The position numbers and the translations under genes were made by a program. This document shows, one piece after another, positions 41,301 to 51,576 of a stretch of 64,000 nucleotides of DNA (the first letter of the stretch is position 1; each line of letters opens with the position of its first letter). The stretch spans positions 124,001-188,000 of IMG/VR virus record IMGVR_UViG_3300044712_002668, one strand, 5' to 3'. The notes beneath the pieces were generated by a model. It was not told the DNA's origin. It ran no database searches and saw nothing but the letters and a program-made list of their open reading frames with translations.

Positions 41301-43546
41301 TATTTCAGCTAAATGGAATACCATTGGATTTGGTTGCGGACACAGCTTATGCTGTTGGTGGTACTATAAAAGCTGTAGGAACAATATCAGGTTACACTGG
41401 AATAGCTGCTAATACAGCCGGTGGGGCTGTAACTATAAAGGGCGGAGATAGATACAACTCTGCTTCTGGCAATAGTGGTGGAAGTGTTAGTATTTTAGGA
41501 ACTGATGGATATAATCCAGGTGCTGTAACAATACAATCTGGATCTGCAACAGGAACAGTTGCAGGGGGTAATGCCCCAACAATCACCATTGCTGGTGGAG
41601 CTGGTAATGCTTATACAGATGGCAGCTCTATAAGTTTATCTGGTGGTGCTGGTGGTGCTGGAAGAAATGGTGGAAGTATTACACTTACATCAGGTGGCGG
41701 CGCCGGTCCAAGCGGTGGTATAACAATACAAACATCATCTTCTGGCGGTATTGCTGGTCCTATTGTTATTCAGACAGGAAACTCATCTACATCAAGTGAT
41801 ATCACTATTCAAGCTCAAGGCGGTTCTAGTGGTAACGTTAATATTTACACTTCTGCAGGAAGTACTGCTGGAAATATAAATATCAAAGCAGCACTTGGTG
41901 GTTCATCAGGCGGTGGAGGAAATGTAAATCTTTCTTCTTGTAGCGGTACAACGGGTACAGCAGCATCTTTATCATTAATAGCGGCAAACAATACTACTGC
42001 TGTAAATGCTGATGGTCAGATAAGTATGATTGGCGCACAGATAATATCTGCCAACATGATAAAATCAAGACAGTATCCAAACGATAGCAATACTCAGCTT
42101 TGGTATAAACTTGATGAAACAGGAACACCTTGGGCTAACTCTGGAGCGCTTGGCACATTGAATATGACAAAAACAGGAGCTAGCACAGTATCAGTTGTGC
42201 CAGGTTTATTTGGAACAAATGCCGTTTTGTTTACTGCAGGAAACTCTTCTATATTGACTACAGGAGCAACCTCATTAGGAGAATATTCCACTTTCACACT
42301 TTCGTTTTGGGGTTATTTGAACTCATATTCGAGCGGAGGAATATTTGTAATAAAGCATTATTGGTTGGCCTCTAGTATTTGGGGAACGCCATATGGTTTG
42401 ATTGTATCTCTGGATGGTGGTGGAGTGGGTGGATGGATGATTAACGTTCCAGATAATTCTGGAACCACACAACATCAAACTGTTATGCCTACAAAGCTAC
42501 CACTAAAGAAATGGATACATATAGGAATGACAGTTGACGGCTCTAATAACATAAACCTATATCAAAACGGAGCTTTAGTATATTCAGCAGCTCTTGGGTA
42601 TACAGTAGGATATGGAAGTACTCATGGTGCTTGGAATATAGGAGGATATGTAGCTTCAAATGCTGTTGGTCAGCCATTGGACGGCATTGTTGAGGATGTT
42701 AGGATGGAAAACGTTGTAAGAAATCCTAAGTATTTCTCTGATGTTTATGGAATGGGTATAGGTAAGATTATGTATGATGGAAGTACTGCTGCTGATACTA
42801 ATACATATCTAAAATGGACATTTGACGAACAGAACGGACCTTGGGCACATAGTGGAAGTTATGGTAGTGCTTTATCTATGGCTTCCGGTCAAGGAACAAC
42901 AAATATAGTTCCAGGAATAATTGGAAGCGGAATAAATACATCAAATGGTCATGTTCTAACGGCTGCTACTAGCGTTTCCCCAGGAAACACATTTACAGTT
43001 TCAGCTTGGGTTTATCTTTACAACTACATATTAGCAACGGCAGATAATCAGCAAGGAATCATTGTATCAAAGAATTATAATACTGCATCATGGGGAAATC
43101 CATTTATTTCAATACATATGGAGTTAACAAATGATCGTGATGGTTCTTGGACGGCTTATGTAAATAACGGATCTCTTAACTCAATTACTATTCAAGAGCC
43201 TTTCAAAATACCTCTAAACACATGGTCTTTGGTAGCTATAACATATGACGGATCATCTTTTAAAGCATATCTGAACGGAGTTTTGGCAGGATCAATACCT
43301 GTAACTGGAAATGTAAATTATGGAAATAATGGACCATGGATGGTTGGTGGTCACTCATGGGTATCTCCGTACCAATTTTTTGATGGTGTTATTGATGATG
43401 TTAGGATTGAAAACACTGTAAGAAGTGCGGCTTATTTGCAGGCAATGTATCAAAAAGCTTTTGCTGGTATAACATATGTAGATAGGGACGGAAATTTGGT
43501 GTATCAATCACCAAATGGCACTATCTCTGTAATGGGAGCTGGTTGA
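38321..43546 (+). CDS. Large collagen-containing fibre protein with tandem repeats and two C-terminal LamG domains
   Basis: GPT/GAT collagen triplets, 117-aa repeats, Gly-rich 'GG.I.I..G' repeats, two LamG motif sets. Confidence 0.8.
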   Translation: MTNRQTVIIPDGVVYPDGYVVTYELSTDSFVPKSPLTVIGPTGLGYSGLTTSNTFASNATGTLFLTTNKSASELAFSTGDRIRVSSTNVTTDYVEGVITSFVGTLLTLPIDRSSGSGTHSSWNIGLVGDVGATGSTGATGSAGNTGPTGPTGPTGATGPTGPTGPLSTVLAVGNTTDGYNIVLTGSDRLSTSAGYLAKSGTQIQLYGLDGVTGLDGYSVYIHSGNSTDGYSGTAALISAATSGVSAGGLNIYTGSYGSYGGAASVNVNGASSSGSAYWYFNSGGFGGSTGSTFQLGYASPTSSYGWGLTGGRFNSIVGTGASIEGDAVTASQGSRIYMSTGISTDGYTGSSLTLGRAINGTNAGSFNLYTGSYGSYGGAASVNVNGANSSSSSYWYFSSGGFGGSTGSTFQLGYSSDTSAYGWGLTGGRFNSVVGTGASIEADSVTASQGAQIYMNTGTSTDGYSGVAITLGRAVNGTQAGGLNLYTGNYGSYGGGANVNINGATNSSSAYWYFNSGGFGSNAGSSFQLGYSTPTSAYGWKLAGGKVGGISTTGASIEGDAATTTQGAQIQMSTGISTDGYSGTQLTLGRAINGTNAGSLNLSTGNYGNYGKSASVNINGANISTSAYWAFNSGGFGSHTGSSFRLGYADATQSDGWALTGGNYNGVSDTGASFSGSSALSTNGSNITLTSGKSTDGYLAATVNVFGGNNSTRDGYVDINSWLMLRRKSAPVGLTNTLYAKSATNELHWIDNTGSDNIISPPGSGPTGPTGPTGATGLGYAGNQAISPNVLLPFTGSQVFTCTQNAGTNAFAAGTYIRLAHPTTPSTDFMLGTITAYAPNGDMTVNVTYSTQNVVSSSVWAISVAGIPGPTGATGATGPTGATGPTGPAISGSDGYVLQYQNTTLTAQSALYTTPTARAAAPTLGFIRSANGDSIIGTKTSGGTSFTALGYGSASSDRLQLGDSTSCSFTDIRASSAVTFAVNGSGGLYLSTSVFQLNGIPLDLVADTAYAVGGTIKAVGTISGYTGIAANTAGGAVTIKGGDRYNSASGNSGGSVSILGTDGYNPGAVTIQSGSATGTVAGGNAPTITIAGGAGNAYTDGSSISLSGGAGGAGRNGGSITLTSGGGAGPSGGITIQTSSSGGIAGPIVIQTGNSSTSSDITIQAQGGSSGNVNIYTSAGSTAGNINIKAALGGSSGGGGNVNLSSCSGTTGTAASLSLIAANNTTAVNADGQISMIGAQIISANMIKSRQYPNDSNTQLWYKLDETGTPWANSGALGTLNMTKTGASTVSVVPGLFGTNAVLFTAGNSSILTTGATSLGEYSTFTLSFWGYLNSYSSGGIFVIKHYWLASSIWGTPYGLIVSLDGGGVGGWMINVPDNSGTTQHQTVMPTKLPLKKWIHIGMTVDGSNNINLYQNGALVYSAALGYTVGYGSTHGAWNIGGYVASNAVGQPLDGIVEDVRMENVVRNPKYFSDVYGMGIGKIMYDGSTAADTNTYLKWTFDEQNGPWAHSGSYGSALSMASGQGTTNIVPGIIGSGINTSNGHVLTAATSVSPGNTFTVSAWVYLYNYILATADNQQGIIVSKNYNTASWGNPFISIHMELTNDRDGSWTAYVNNGSLNSITIQEPFKIPLNTWSLVAITYDGSSFKAYLNGVLAGSIPVTGNVNYGNNGPWMVGGHSWVSPYQFFDGVIDDVRIENTVRSAAYLQAMYQKAFAGITYVDRDGNLVYQSPNGTISVMGAG
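38996..40399 (+). repeat. Four tandem 351-nt (117-aa) in-frame repeats
   Basis: STDGY codons start at 38996, 39347, 39698, 40049, 40400 (exact 351-nt period). Confidence 0.9.
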
Positions 43547-43558
43547 TTCGGAGAAATT

Positions 43559-44203
43559 ATGTCTTTAGGAGTAACAAAATCACAATCATATTCTGGAGAG
43601 TTCAGATCTACAGTAATTAGACCAGGCTCTTCCGCAGACGCATTCACTATAATGACTATAAACATTTCTAAGCTTCCATTGGTTTTTAATGATCTATGTA
43701 ACGTGTTCATAGATGCTACAATTATGTTTAGTAAATATACAACAACAAATGGTCGTCATGTTATGGCAACATATACTGGTGGAATGCAGAAAAGCATGAG
43801 AGCTTTTTACGATCCAACACTAACATATCCTTTTTCTAATACTCCGTCACAATCTGCAACAGCCACAAGACTTATGACATATAAAGGTGGTGATTGCGAT
43901 CCTGATATGTCATTTCAAATCAGAACTGGAGCAAGTACAGATTTAGATTTGTATAATTGGGGTTATTACATACCAGATAATTCTGGAGGCGGTTCTGCAA
44001 ACGTTCTTACAGAAACCGTTGGTAGATTGAACTTTTCAACAAGATCAACCAAAGACATATCAACAGCGGAGCCTAATAGCGTAAATATAAACTGTGCAAG
44101 TCTTGCTAGTACTGCAAATTATTCATTACCAGCAACTACCGTTATAAATTATAGCTGTATTGCAAAGGTAGTTGTTGTGCAGGCTAATTTGTATGGAGCG
44201 TAA
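43559..44203 (+). CDS. Hypothetical protein, probably structural
   Basis: GGAG RBS, Ser/Thr-rich, follows the fibre gene. Confidence 0.6.
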   Translation: MSLGVTKSQSYSGEFRSTVIRPGSSADAFTIMTINISKLPLVFNDLCNVFIDATIMFSKYTTTNGRHVMATYTGGMQKSMRAFYDPTLTYPFSNTPSQSATATRLMTYKGGDCDPDMSFQIRTGASTDLDLYNWGYYIPDNSGGGSANVLTETVGRLNFSTRSTKDISTAEPNSVNINCASLASTANYSLPATTVINYSCIAKVVVVQANLYGA

Positions 44204-45000
44204 TGAAAGCTAGTAAGATCATTATAATATGTCCATTTTCACGTCCAGAATTTGCAAAAAGTGTATATGATAATTTTTTAAGACAAGATTACCAAAATAA
44301 AGAGCTTATCATAATAGAAAATGGCAAAGCAATTGGAGCTTGGAAATATCCAACAGGAACTGTTTTACAATCTGCTAATCACCAAGCTGCTGCAAAAAAC
44401 AAAGGGCTTGAATATATTGGAGATAAATTCAAAGGACAATTCTGGACCACTTGGGATGATGATGATTATTATGGAGCCAATCAATTATCAGAACTGGCAG
44501 AAAACTCTGATAAAGCTGATGTTGTTGGAAAATTGAATATTTTTATGAGAGCCAGCAATGGTAAGTTACGATTTATAGATATGGGTGCTGAGAATGATTT
44601 TGTGGAATCTCTTTGGGGTTGTTCAATATCATCATGGATACAAGATGTAGAATTCCCTGATACTGGAGTGTGGGGAGAGGATCTTTCTTGGATTGATATA
44701 ATGAAAGGTAATGGAGCAAAGCTCTGGGCTACATCTAGGTACAACATCTGCATAAACCGTTTTCATGGGAATAATACTTGGAAAACAACAGATCAGAATA
44801 TTGTAAATACTAGCAAAGAAGTATTTGAGTATGATTTTGATCTTGATATTGTAAATAATATAAAACAAGTAGATGGTAAGTTGATAGATAGAAATACAGA
44901 GTTTGATTTTTCTCATATGGAAGAGATGATTGATCATTCATTTTTTGATAAGTTTATAGAAGAAAGTTTGAAGGGAGATATATGTCTGGTAAAATCTTAA
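44203..45000 (+). CDS. Glycosyltransferase family 2
   Basis: RQDYQNKELIIIEN, WDDDDYY, GED. Confidence 0.8.
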   Translation: MKASKIIIICPFSRPEFAKSVYDNFLRQDYQNKELIIIENGKAIGAWKYPTGTVLQSANHQAAAKNKGLEYIGDKFKGQFWTTWDDDDYYGANQLSELAENSDKADVVGKLNIFMRASNGKLRFIDMGAENDFVESLWGCSISSWIQDVEFPDTGVWGEDLSWIDIMKGNGAKLWATSRYNICINRFHGNNTWKTTDQNIVNTSKEVFEYDFDLDIVNNIKQVDGKLIDRNTEFDFSHMEEMIDHSFFDKFIEESLKGDICLVKS

Positions 45001-45335
45001 CACCAACAGATGGGTATACAATAAACAGTGGATATTTTACAGTTTCTGGGGAACTAGATTCTGTTGATGGTTATGCTTGGATTTTTATGGGAAGGAGTGA
45101 TTATCACTATCTGATGTGGCCAAAGATACAAGTACCTATGGGAAATTTTTCAGTATCTGTTTTTGAAGGTGGGGATCCTGGTGCTGTGGTGTGTAGGTTG
45201 GTACAGGTAAATCAGCATGACCATGAACGTTGCTTGGCAGCTTATACTACCGATGAAGGTATTCACTGTCCTGATTTTATTCAATTTGATTTTGTTAATT
45301 TGAATAAGATTGGCGATAGAATGATTAAACCTTAA
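44982..45335 (+). CDS. Hypothetical protein with two DGY motifs
   Basis: GGAG RBS, 117 aa. Confidence 0.55.
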   Translation: MSGKILTPTDGYTINSGYFTVSGELDSVDGYAWIFMGRSDYHYLMWPKIQVPMGNFSVSVFEGGDPGAVVCRLVQVNQHDHERCLAAYTTDEGIHCPDFIQFDFVNLNKIGDRMIKP

Positions 45336-45350
45336 AAATAGGAGTTATTT

Positions 45351-46001
45351 ATGGATTTCAATACTTTCAGCACCAATATGAAAAAACATTATTCTTTCTC
45401 TGTTGATTTCAAAGACAAATCATTATTAATGAAAGTATTATCTTATATATTGTTTTTTGTTAAAGGGTTTATGACAAAATATATAACAACCATAAATAAC
45501 GTAATATATTTCCCAAAACAAAGTGATATAAACTCACCAGGAGCAGCTCCCATATTAGCACATGAAATCAAACACATACAACAATCAAATAATTATACAT
45601 TTGTATTGTTTTCATTGTTATATTTGTTTCCTCAATCCTTGTCATTATTATCTGTGTTAGGGTTTTTAGGTTTTATATATTGGCCTTTATTTTTATGTTT
45701 TGCCTTCATAATAGCCTTGGCACCATTTGGAGCTTACTGGAGAATGAAGTTTGAACTTGAAGCATATACTGTATCTTTATATTGTTTGAATCTTCAACTG
45801 TCAAACCAGGATGAGCAAACCAGGCGCAAGGTATTACAAGATGAAGCTGTGTGGATAAATACACAGTTCACCTCATCCAATTATTATTGGATGTGGCGTA
45901 GTGGTGTTCTGGATGAATTGAATAATAAAATAGAATCTATACTGGATGGTAGTATAGAAAAAAATGATTCTTACCTTCTGCAGGTCAAGGAACTATTTTA
46001 A
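45351..46001 (+). CDS. Membrane protein with HExxH motif (putative metallopeptidase)
   Basis: AHEIKH followed by a hydrophobic segment and 'FELEAY'. Confidence 0.6.
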   Translation: MDFNTFSTNMKKHYSFSVDFKDKSLLMKVLSYILFFVKGFMTKYITTINNVIYFPKQSDINSPGAAPILAHEIKHIQQSNNYTFVLFSLLYLFPQSLSLLSVLGFLGFIYWPLFLCFAFIIALAPFGAYWRMKFELEAYTVSLYCLNLQLSNQDEQTRRKVLQDEAVWINTQFTSSNYYWMWRSGVLDELNNKIESILDGSIEKNDSYLLQVKELF

Positions 46002-46246
46002 GTTTTCTTTTTAAAATCCACCTTTATAACCTTACATTCTTTCTGCGGTTTTATAACTCTATAAGGTTCATCAAATTCCAGTGAAGCTGTAAGCTTATTT
46101 TCTGGAACAATTAGTTCGGTATTGCAGATATTACACCAAATAAGAAGGGCGAAATTGCCTTTTTTAAAAACCATAGTCCATTGTAAATCTTGTGTCTTAC
46201 AGTTACAAATCGGTTTTGAGAAATGAATTGACATTGATTTAAACAT
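45998..46246 (-). CDS. Small Cys-containing hypothetical protein
   Basis: CxC...CxxC; fills the gap, divergent from the next gene. Confidence 0.5.
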   Translation of the reverse strand: MFKSMSIHFSKPICNCKTQDLQWTMVFKKGNFALLIWCNICNTELIVPENKLTASLEFDEPYRVIKPQKECKVIKVDFKKKT

Positions 46247-46281
46247 ACTACGTATCTATATCTTTGAATTTGTGATATATT

Positions 46282-47535
46282 ATGAAAGTTGAGATGAATT
46301 ACGATATAGGAATAATAGGCGCAGGGGTTGCTGGGGTATTTGCAGCTCTAAGATTAGCAGAAAAATACAAGAATGTAAAAGCTATAGTTTTTGAATTTGG
46401 ACCACCACCTCCAAATTGTCTTAGACAGGATCCTATAAAAATAAAACGTAGGCGGCGTCAACTGGAAGGATGGTTTGGTTGTTTCCCAACAGGGGATGGT
46501 AAGCTTTATGTTCAAGATGATACGCAAAAACTTTGCGATATCGCTGATACCAGGAAAACAAAAACTATCAGTAAATGGTTCTCGGATCAGATTGAAGCTG
46601 TCAATAGTGATAAGGTTATTATCACAAAAAATGTTTCAAATAATATAAAGAAGCACGCTGAAGGATTAGGATTTGTCTATTCTAACCACTCCTATCAGCA
46701 ATGGTCTCCGGACAAGATACATCAGCTATCGAAAATATCAGCTGATAAAATAGACTCATCTGGAAATATAGAACTGTCATTTGATAATGAGGTGTTTGAT
46801 TTCATAAAGAAAAACAATCATTTCCAAGTCAATACTTCTTCGGGGGAGTTCAATTGTAAAAAGCTTATTATTTGTACGGGTAGAAGTGGGTGGCGTTGGA
46901 CCAATAATATATTTAAAAAGCTTGGTATACATGTTGAAGATACTGTTTCTTCATATGGTGTCAGGGTAGAGATGCCAAGTTCTATTATGAAAGATTTCAA
47001 CAAATCTCATTGTTCTTTTACAAGGCAAGATATAAAGGTTGGGCCTTTATGCTGGTATGGCTCTATTATTCAAGAAGATCATGCTGACTTAACTACAGCA
47101 GCTTTCAGGTCCAATGAAGATCGCTGGAAAACAGATAAGGTTTTCTTCTCGGTACGCAAGTACACAAATATAGCTTTAGATGGAATAAAGAATACTGAAC
47201 GAGTTGCGAAATTAGCCTTCCTTTTATCAGGAGATAGGGTTGGAAGGGAAAAAATAAAAAAATTCTTAAAAAGTGAAAGTCAGATAGGTCTTGTTCCTGA
47301 ATACGCTGGGTTTCAGGAGATATTCTCAGAGCTTGAAGTATTTATACCGAACATTGTTAGTAGAGGATATCTTCATATTCCAGATATTGAAACTGTTACA
47401 TCAAAAATAAATATTGCATCAAATTGTGAAACAGAGATTGATGGTCTATTTGTGGCTGGAGAAAGTGCTGGGGTTTCTGGTTTGGCAGCCGCTGGAATTA
47501 TGGGTGCCTTGGCTGTGGAAGGAGCTTTAAAATGA
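46282..47535 (+). CDS. FAD-dependent oxidoreductase
   Basis: IIGAGVAG, DGKL, CTGRSG, GVRVE, GLFVAGESAG. Confidence 0.8.
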   Translation: MKVEMNYDIGIIGAGVAGVFAALRLAEKYKNVKAIVFEFGPPPPNCLRQDPIKIKRRRRQLEGWFGCFPTGDGKLYVQDDTQKLCDIADTRKTKTISKWFSDQIEAVNSDKVIITKNVSNNIKKHAEGLGFVYSNHSYQQWSPDKIHQLSKISADKIDSSGNIELSFDNEVFDFIKKNNHFQVNTSSGEFNCKKLIICTGRSGWRWTNNIFKKLGIHVEDTVSSYGVRVEMPSSIMKDFNKSHCSFTRQDIKVGPLCWYGSIIQEDHADLTTAAFRSNEDRWKTDKVFFSVRKYTNIALDGIKNTERVAKLAFLLSGDRVGREKIKKFLKSESQIGLVPEYAGFQEIFSELEVFIPNIVSRGYLHIPDIETVTSKINIASNCETEIDGLFVAGESAGVSGLAAAGIMGALAVEGALK

Positions 47536-47864
47536 AGACTTATGATAAGTATACAAGTGAAGATGATGATTTTTTCTTTGATGAATCTAAACATCAAAAA
47601 GGAGTTGCCTTAAGACAAGATCATGAATTGTTTACTGATGATGATAATGTCCCTGGTAATATACTTAGAGTTCGTAGGAAAAAAGGAGAATTTGAAATCT
47701 TTAAAAATAAAGATTTATTATTTTCAATTCCAGATTCCAAATTTACTTTAAAGGAAAAAGAGTTTCTTACAAGCGCAAATGGAATGCTTTTCTTTATTGA
47801 TTATGTTAAATCAGGATGGGTTTCCATGGCAGATCTAAAAAGAAAGATCAAGGAAAAGGTATGA
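47532..47864 (+). CDS. Hypothetical protein
   Basis: Coupled ORF. Confidence 0.6.
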   Translation: MKTYDKYTSEDDDFFFDESKHQKGVALRQDHELFTDDDNVPGNILRVRRKKGEFEIFKNKDLLFSIPDSKFTLKEKEFLTSANGMLFFIDYVKSGWVSMADLKRKIKEKV

Positions 47865-48037
47865 TAATTTTTAATGGAACAAAAAAGGTTGGACATCAAT
47901 CCTATCTTTTATTCGGAAACACAAAGGAAATCATTATCGAGGTTCCGGTTTCATCATCTGAACTTGAAAAGTTCTTGTTGTACTTTGATCGGTTGGAACC
48001 AACCAAGATGCCAGTCGAGACAGGGGACGAGCCATAA
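47861..48037 (+). CDS. Small hypothetical protein
   Basis: ATGA overlap with the upstream stop (MIIFNG...). Confidence 0.45.
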   Translation: MIIFNGTKKVGHQSYLLFGNTKEIIIEVPVSSSELEKFLLYFDRLEPTKMPVETGDEP

Positions 48038-48061
48038 CCCTCTCTGCTAGAGGAAAGAAAT

Positions 48062-48727
48062 ATGGCCTACGTTCTTTATGTTGCTGATACGGAAACAACA
48101 GGTACAGATGCTGAGAAGCATGACATCATAGAAGTATGTTTTTGGAGAGTTGGATCTCTAGATAACATACTTACCCAAGATGACAATAAAACTTGGTGGA
48201 TGAAACCATTGAACGTAGCCTCCATTGAAGATGAGGCTTTACGGGTAAACAAACACAAAAAAGAAGATATTCTACATAAGACTGCAGAAGGTAAGGAAAA
48301 GTATAAACATCCATCTGAAGTTCTGCCAGAAATCGAGATGTGGTTTATGCAGGATGGGGCGGCAGCAGAGGAACGTGTACTCGTAGGTCATAACCCAGAT
48401 TTCGATTATAAGTTTCTTCTCAAGTTATGGGAAAAGTCTGGCAATGCCAATGAGTTTCCTATTGGCTATTGGATAGATAACAGTGATGGTACAAGAAGGC
48501 ATCAGATCTTTAAGTATGATACAATGGAGCTTGTACGTTTGATTGATCTGTGTACAGGAAAGAAAAGAAACTACTATAATCTAAGCTCTTTGGTTAAAGC
48601 CTTTAACATAACAAAGGCTCAGGCACATAGAGCTGATGGTGATACAAAAATGACAAAAGATTTGTTCCTCAAAATTATCGAGGTGCTAAAACCTGTTTTG
48701 AGTGAGAAGTTTTCTGATTGTTACTAG
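48062..48727 (+). CDS. DEDDh 3'-5' exonuclease (DnaQ-like)
   Basis: DTETTG, GHNPDFD, DT, AHRADGD. Confidence 0.88.
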   Translation: MAYVLYVADTETTGTDAEKHDIIEVCFWRVGSLDNILTQDDNKTWWMKPLNVASIEDEALRVNKHKKEDILHKTAEGKEKYKHPSEVLPEIEMWFMQDGAAAEERVLVGHNPDFDYKFLLKLWEKSGNANEFPIGYWIDNSDGTRRHQIFKYDTMELVRLIDLCTGKKRNYYNLSSLVKAFNITKAQAHRADGDTKMTKDLFLKIIEVLKPVLSEKFSDCY

Positions 48728-48728
48728 A

Positions 48729-49574
48729 ATGAAAATATTCATTGGAGCAAATAACAATAGCGGATCAAATCTTTTCTTATCTTCTTTTATTAATAATGCA
48801 AAAGATTGTGAGTTCAAGACAGCTTCTTTCTATAGAAATAGCTTTCTATTAAAGAATATAGATTGGATTCTTGATGTAGTTTATGATGTAAATAAACACA
48901 GCAATAACTATCTGGAAACTCTAGGGTGCGCTAACCCTCCAAAAGTATCTCCTATTTATGCGGAGATGATTTTAAATCATCTAGCTGATTGGAAGCCTGA
49001 TCTGGTTATCAGTGAGTGTGAACCATTTTCAGCGCATATTGCAAAACTCTTTGAAGTACCTTTATGGTACTGTAGTTCTTTTTTACAGATTCCATCTTTG
49101 AATATAAATGGGTTTTTCCCTGTAAAAAACAGTTTAAAAAAACTACCCAAAGGGGATAGGTATTTTGTTTATTCCTTTATTGGGAACATAGAAAAACAAC
49201 CATCAATAAATGAGGGGTATGAGTGGGTTTCTCCTTACCCTGAAAGTATAGGAGATAGGTTTTTATCGTTTGAAGAGGATAGCGTACTATCTACTCTTTC
49301 AAAAAAAATTTATGTTACTACCGGTGAAACAGGGTTTGTATCTTATTTGCTTGAAAATGATATTGAATTTGTTGTATCACCATCAATTGATAATTATGAA
49401 CAAACACTAAATGCTGTTGTTTTGGAGCAATACGGTTTAGCCAATAATATAGGGAAACCAAAAAGTATTAGCTTTGGACTAGAGAAGGTTTCTGTAAGCA
49501 CAAAGAAAGTGTCATATAATAAAAAATGGCCTTTACTTCACGAAAGAATAAATAATGAATTTTGTAGCGTTTGA
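48729..49574 (+). CDS. Degenerate GT-B glycosyltransferase-like protein
   Basis: 'KPDLVISECEPF', 'TTGETGFVS', 'EQ..NA..LE..GL'. Confidence 0.5.
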   Translation: MKIFIGANNNSGSNLFLSSFINNAKDCEFKTASFYRNSFLLKNIDWILDVVYDVNKHSNNYLETLGCANPPKVSPIYAEMILNHLADWKPDLVISECEPFSAHIAKLFEVPLWYCSSFLQIPSLNINGFFPVKNSLKKLPKGDRYFVYSFIGNIEKQPSINEGYEWVSPYPESIGDRFLSFEEDSVLSTLSKKIYVTTGETGFVSYLLENDIEFVVSPSIDNYEQTLNAVVLEQYGLANNIGKPKSISFGLEKVSVSTKKVSYNKKWPLLHERINNEFCSV

Positions 49575-50163
49575 TATTGGTAATGTTTTATGTAGGGTTG
49601 AACTGGATAGTTTTCTTTTCTATTTAGTGGAGAAGGAATTGTTTGCCGGTTACACTGAGGCTTATGATTTCCTTGAGGGAATTCAGGTTGCTCAGGATCT
49701 TGGAATGTGTGATATGAAAATGGGTTTGAAGAGTCTCAAAAGACCTTTGAATCAAAAAATACTAAATGACATATTAGAAAAATGGAATAGTATTATCTAC
49801 CCATCAGAAGATATGTTATCTTTAATAGATACTTTACTTTCTAAGAATTATAAAGTTGCATTATTAAGTAATATTGGTAAAGATCATGGGGCTTTGGTAA
49901 GAGAAAGATTCAAGATATTTTCAAGGTGTATTCAGCATTTTTCTTTTGAAGTTGGTGCTAGGAAACCATCTGAGTTGTATTTTCAGAGTTTTGTTTTGAA
50001 ATACAAATGGCCATTGACTACAATATTCTTTGATGATAGGGAAGAAAACATTGTAGCTGCAAGTGATTATTTTACTTCTGTAAAATTTAACTTGTATGAT
50101 TATGATAATGACAATGAGGCTGTGGAGTTTATCTCCAAAACCGTAGGTATTTCTGATATATAA
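49555..50163 (+). CDS. HAD-family hydrolase
   Basis: FDIGNVL, LLSN, RKP, FFDDREEN. Confidence 0.85.
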   Translation: MNFVAFDIGNVLCRVELDSFLFYLVEKELFAGYTEAYDFLEGIQVAQDLGMCDMKMGLKSLKRPLNQKILNDILEKWNSIIYPSEDMLSLIDTLLSKNYKVALLSNIGKDHGALVRERFKIFSRCIQHFSFEVGARKPSELYFQSFVLKYKWPLTTIFFDDREENIVAASDYFTSVKFNLYDYDNDNEAVEFISKTVGISDI

Positions 50164-50187
50164 GTATCAGGATACTTACGGAGTTTT

Positions 50188-50373
50188 ATGATTTTGCACA
50201 AAACACTTTCCTTTGAGGAAGCTTTAGAATACCTTGCTTATGCCGTAATGATGCGTGATTTACCAGACGGATTTGATGGTAAAATTACATGTGAACTTAA
50301 TGATGATGGGTCTATAGATATATACGCCGCACCATCAGAAACCGAAGAAAAAGAAAATAATACTATGAATTAA
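50188..50373 (+). CDS. Small acidic hypothetical protein
   Basis: GGAG RBS, TGATATAT motif upstream. Confidence 0.55.
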   Translation: MILHKTLSFEEALEYLAYAVMMRDLPDGFDGKITCELNDDGSIDIYAAPSETEEKENNTMN

Positions 50374-51328
50374 ATATATTTTTCAATATATCTCCGCCCA
50401 TGTTCAAAACATCAACGTGTTGTTTCTTCAAGCTATCTAATGGTACTTTTGAATTATCGAAAGCTTGAAACACTTGTAAGCCACCTTGACCGGCTTTGGA
50501 GGCAATATTGACACCTCCTATATTTTCATTTGCTTTGTTTCTTTGCAATCCAAGTGTTTGTAATAAATAATTTGATGTTTCAGTGGTAGATCCATAATCT
50601 GTTGGGATGGCAGAGTGGGCAATATAGAATTTCTTGGAAGGATCTTTCATAGCTTCCTTTGCCCATTCAACCCATTCTTTCATATCATTAGGGTTTACAT
50701 TACCATTTGTTTTTGAACTATGCATTCCATCAAGAAGAACAACAGAATCCAAGTTGTTTTTTATTGGTGTAGCTAAATTGTTTTTATCTTTAAGTATTCT
50801 TCTGATAGGATCATAGCCACCAGACCATCCAACAAAAGCTACCTTTCCTACTTTAAGATCATTTCTGTTTAGCTGTTGTTTTAGTTGGTTCATTACTGAG
50901 CTTACAGCATTGTTTACAAATGCAGCGTTTCCATATACCAAACCAGCAGCCATTCCTCCCATACCAGTAGCATCTGGTGGTAATCCCCATTTTGCCTTGA
51001 AGGCAGCACTTGCGGCCGGATCTTTAGGAATATTTACAGACATTATATCTGCTGTAATCAATATTGCATTTGAATTCGCTTGTGCTAGAGCTTTGGTATT
51101 ACCACCCCTGAACCATATAATAAAGTTTACAGATCCATCGGGTTGTATCACTTGTGGTCCGGGCCAAAATACAGAAGAACATCCAGGTGGCCCGCTTAAA
51201 GAAACTTTAAGCTGAGAATATTTTTTCTCACCACCAGAAGATGGAAAAGCTTTTTCTACAGCATCAGTAAGTGGACCTGCTAATTTTTGTAGCTGTTCAA
51301 GTGCTAGTTTTCTAAAATTTCTATCCAT
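50363..51328 (-). CDS. Alpha/beta-hydrolase-like protein
   Basis: Nucleophile elbow VGWSGGY, LLDGMH, C-terminal His. Confidence 0.6.
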   Translation of the reverse strand: MDRNFRKLALEQLQKLAGPLTDAVEKAFPSSGGEKKYSQLKVSLSGPPGCSSVFWPGPQVIQPDGSVNFIIWFRGGNTKALAQANSNAILITADIMSVNIPKDPAASAAFKAKWGLPPDATGMGGMAAGLVYGNAAFVNNAVSSVMNQLKQQLNRNDLKVGKVAFVGWSGGYDPIRRILKDKNNLATPIKNNLDSVVLLDGMHSSKTNGNVNPNDMKEWVEWAKEAMKDPSKKFYIAHSAIPTDYGSTTETSNYLLQTLGLQRNKANENIGGVNIASKAGQGGLQVFQAFDNSKVPLDSLKKQHVDVLNMGGDILKNIFNS

Positions 51329-51373
51329 AGTATAATTTCAAATTAAGCAGAGAGTCTGTTTATGGTTATATCC

Positions 51374-51574
51374 ATGGTTATGGATACAAACCTAGAATTA
51401 ATAAAAGATACTCTGCTTCATTTGTTTACTGAGGGCCAGGTCTTGCCTCGCTGCCCGCATTGTGCTATGTTTCTCGGCCCCAAAGAATTGAATGGTAAAT
51501 GTTCTGCTTGTTCCGGTAGAATTGAATTTTCTACCGTAGTCTGGATAAGTACCGACAACATTCCGAAAGCATAA
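51374..51574 (+). CDS. Small zinc-ribbon protein
   Basis: CPHC...CSAC. Confidence 0.55.
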   Translation: MVMDTNLELIKDTLLHLFTEGQVLPRCPHCAMFLGPKELNGKCSACSGRIEFSTVVWISTDNIPKA

Positions 51575-51576
51575 AG

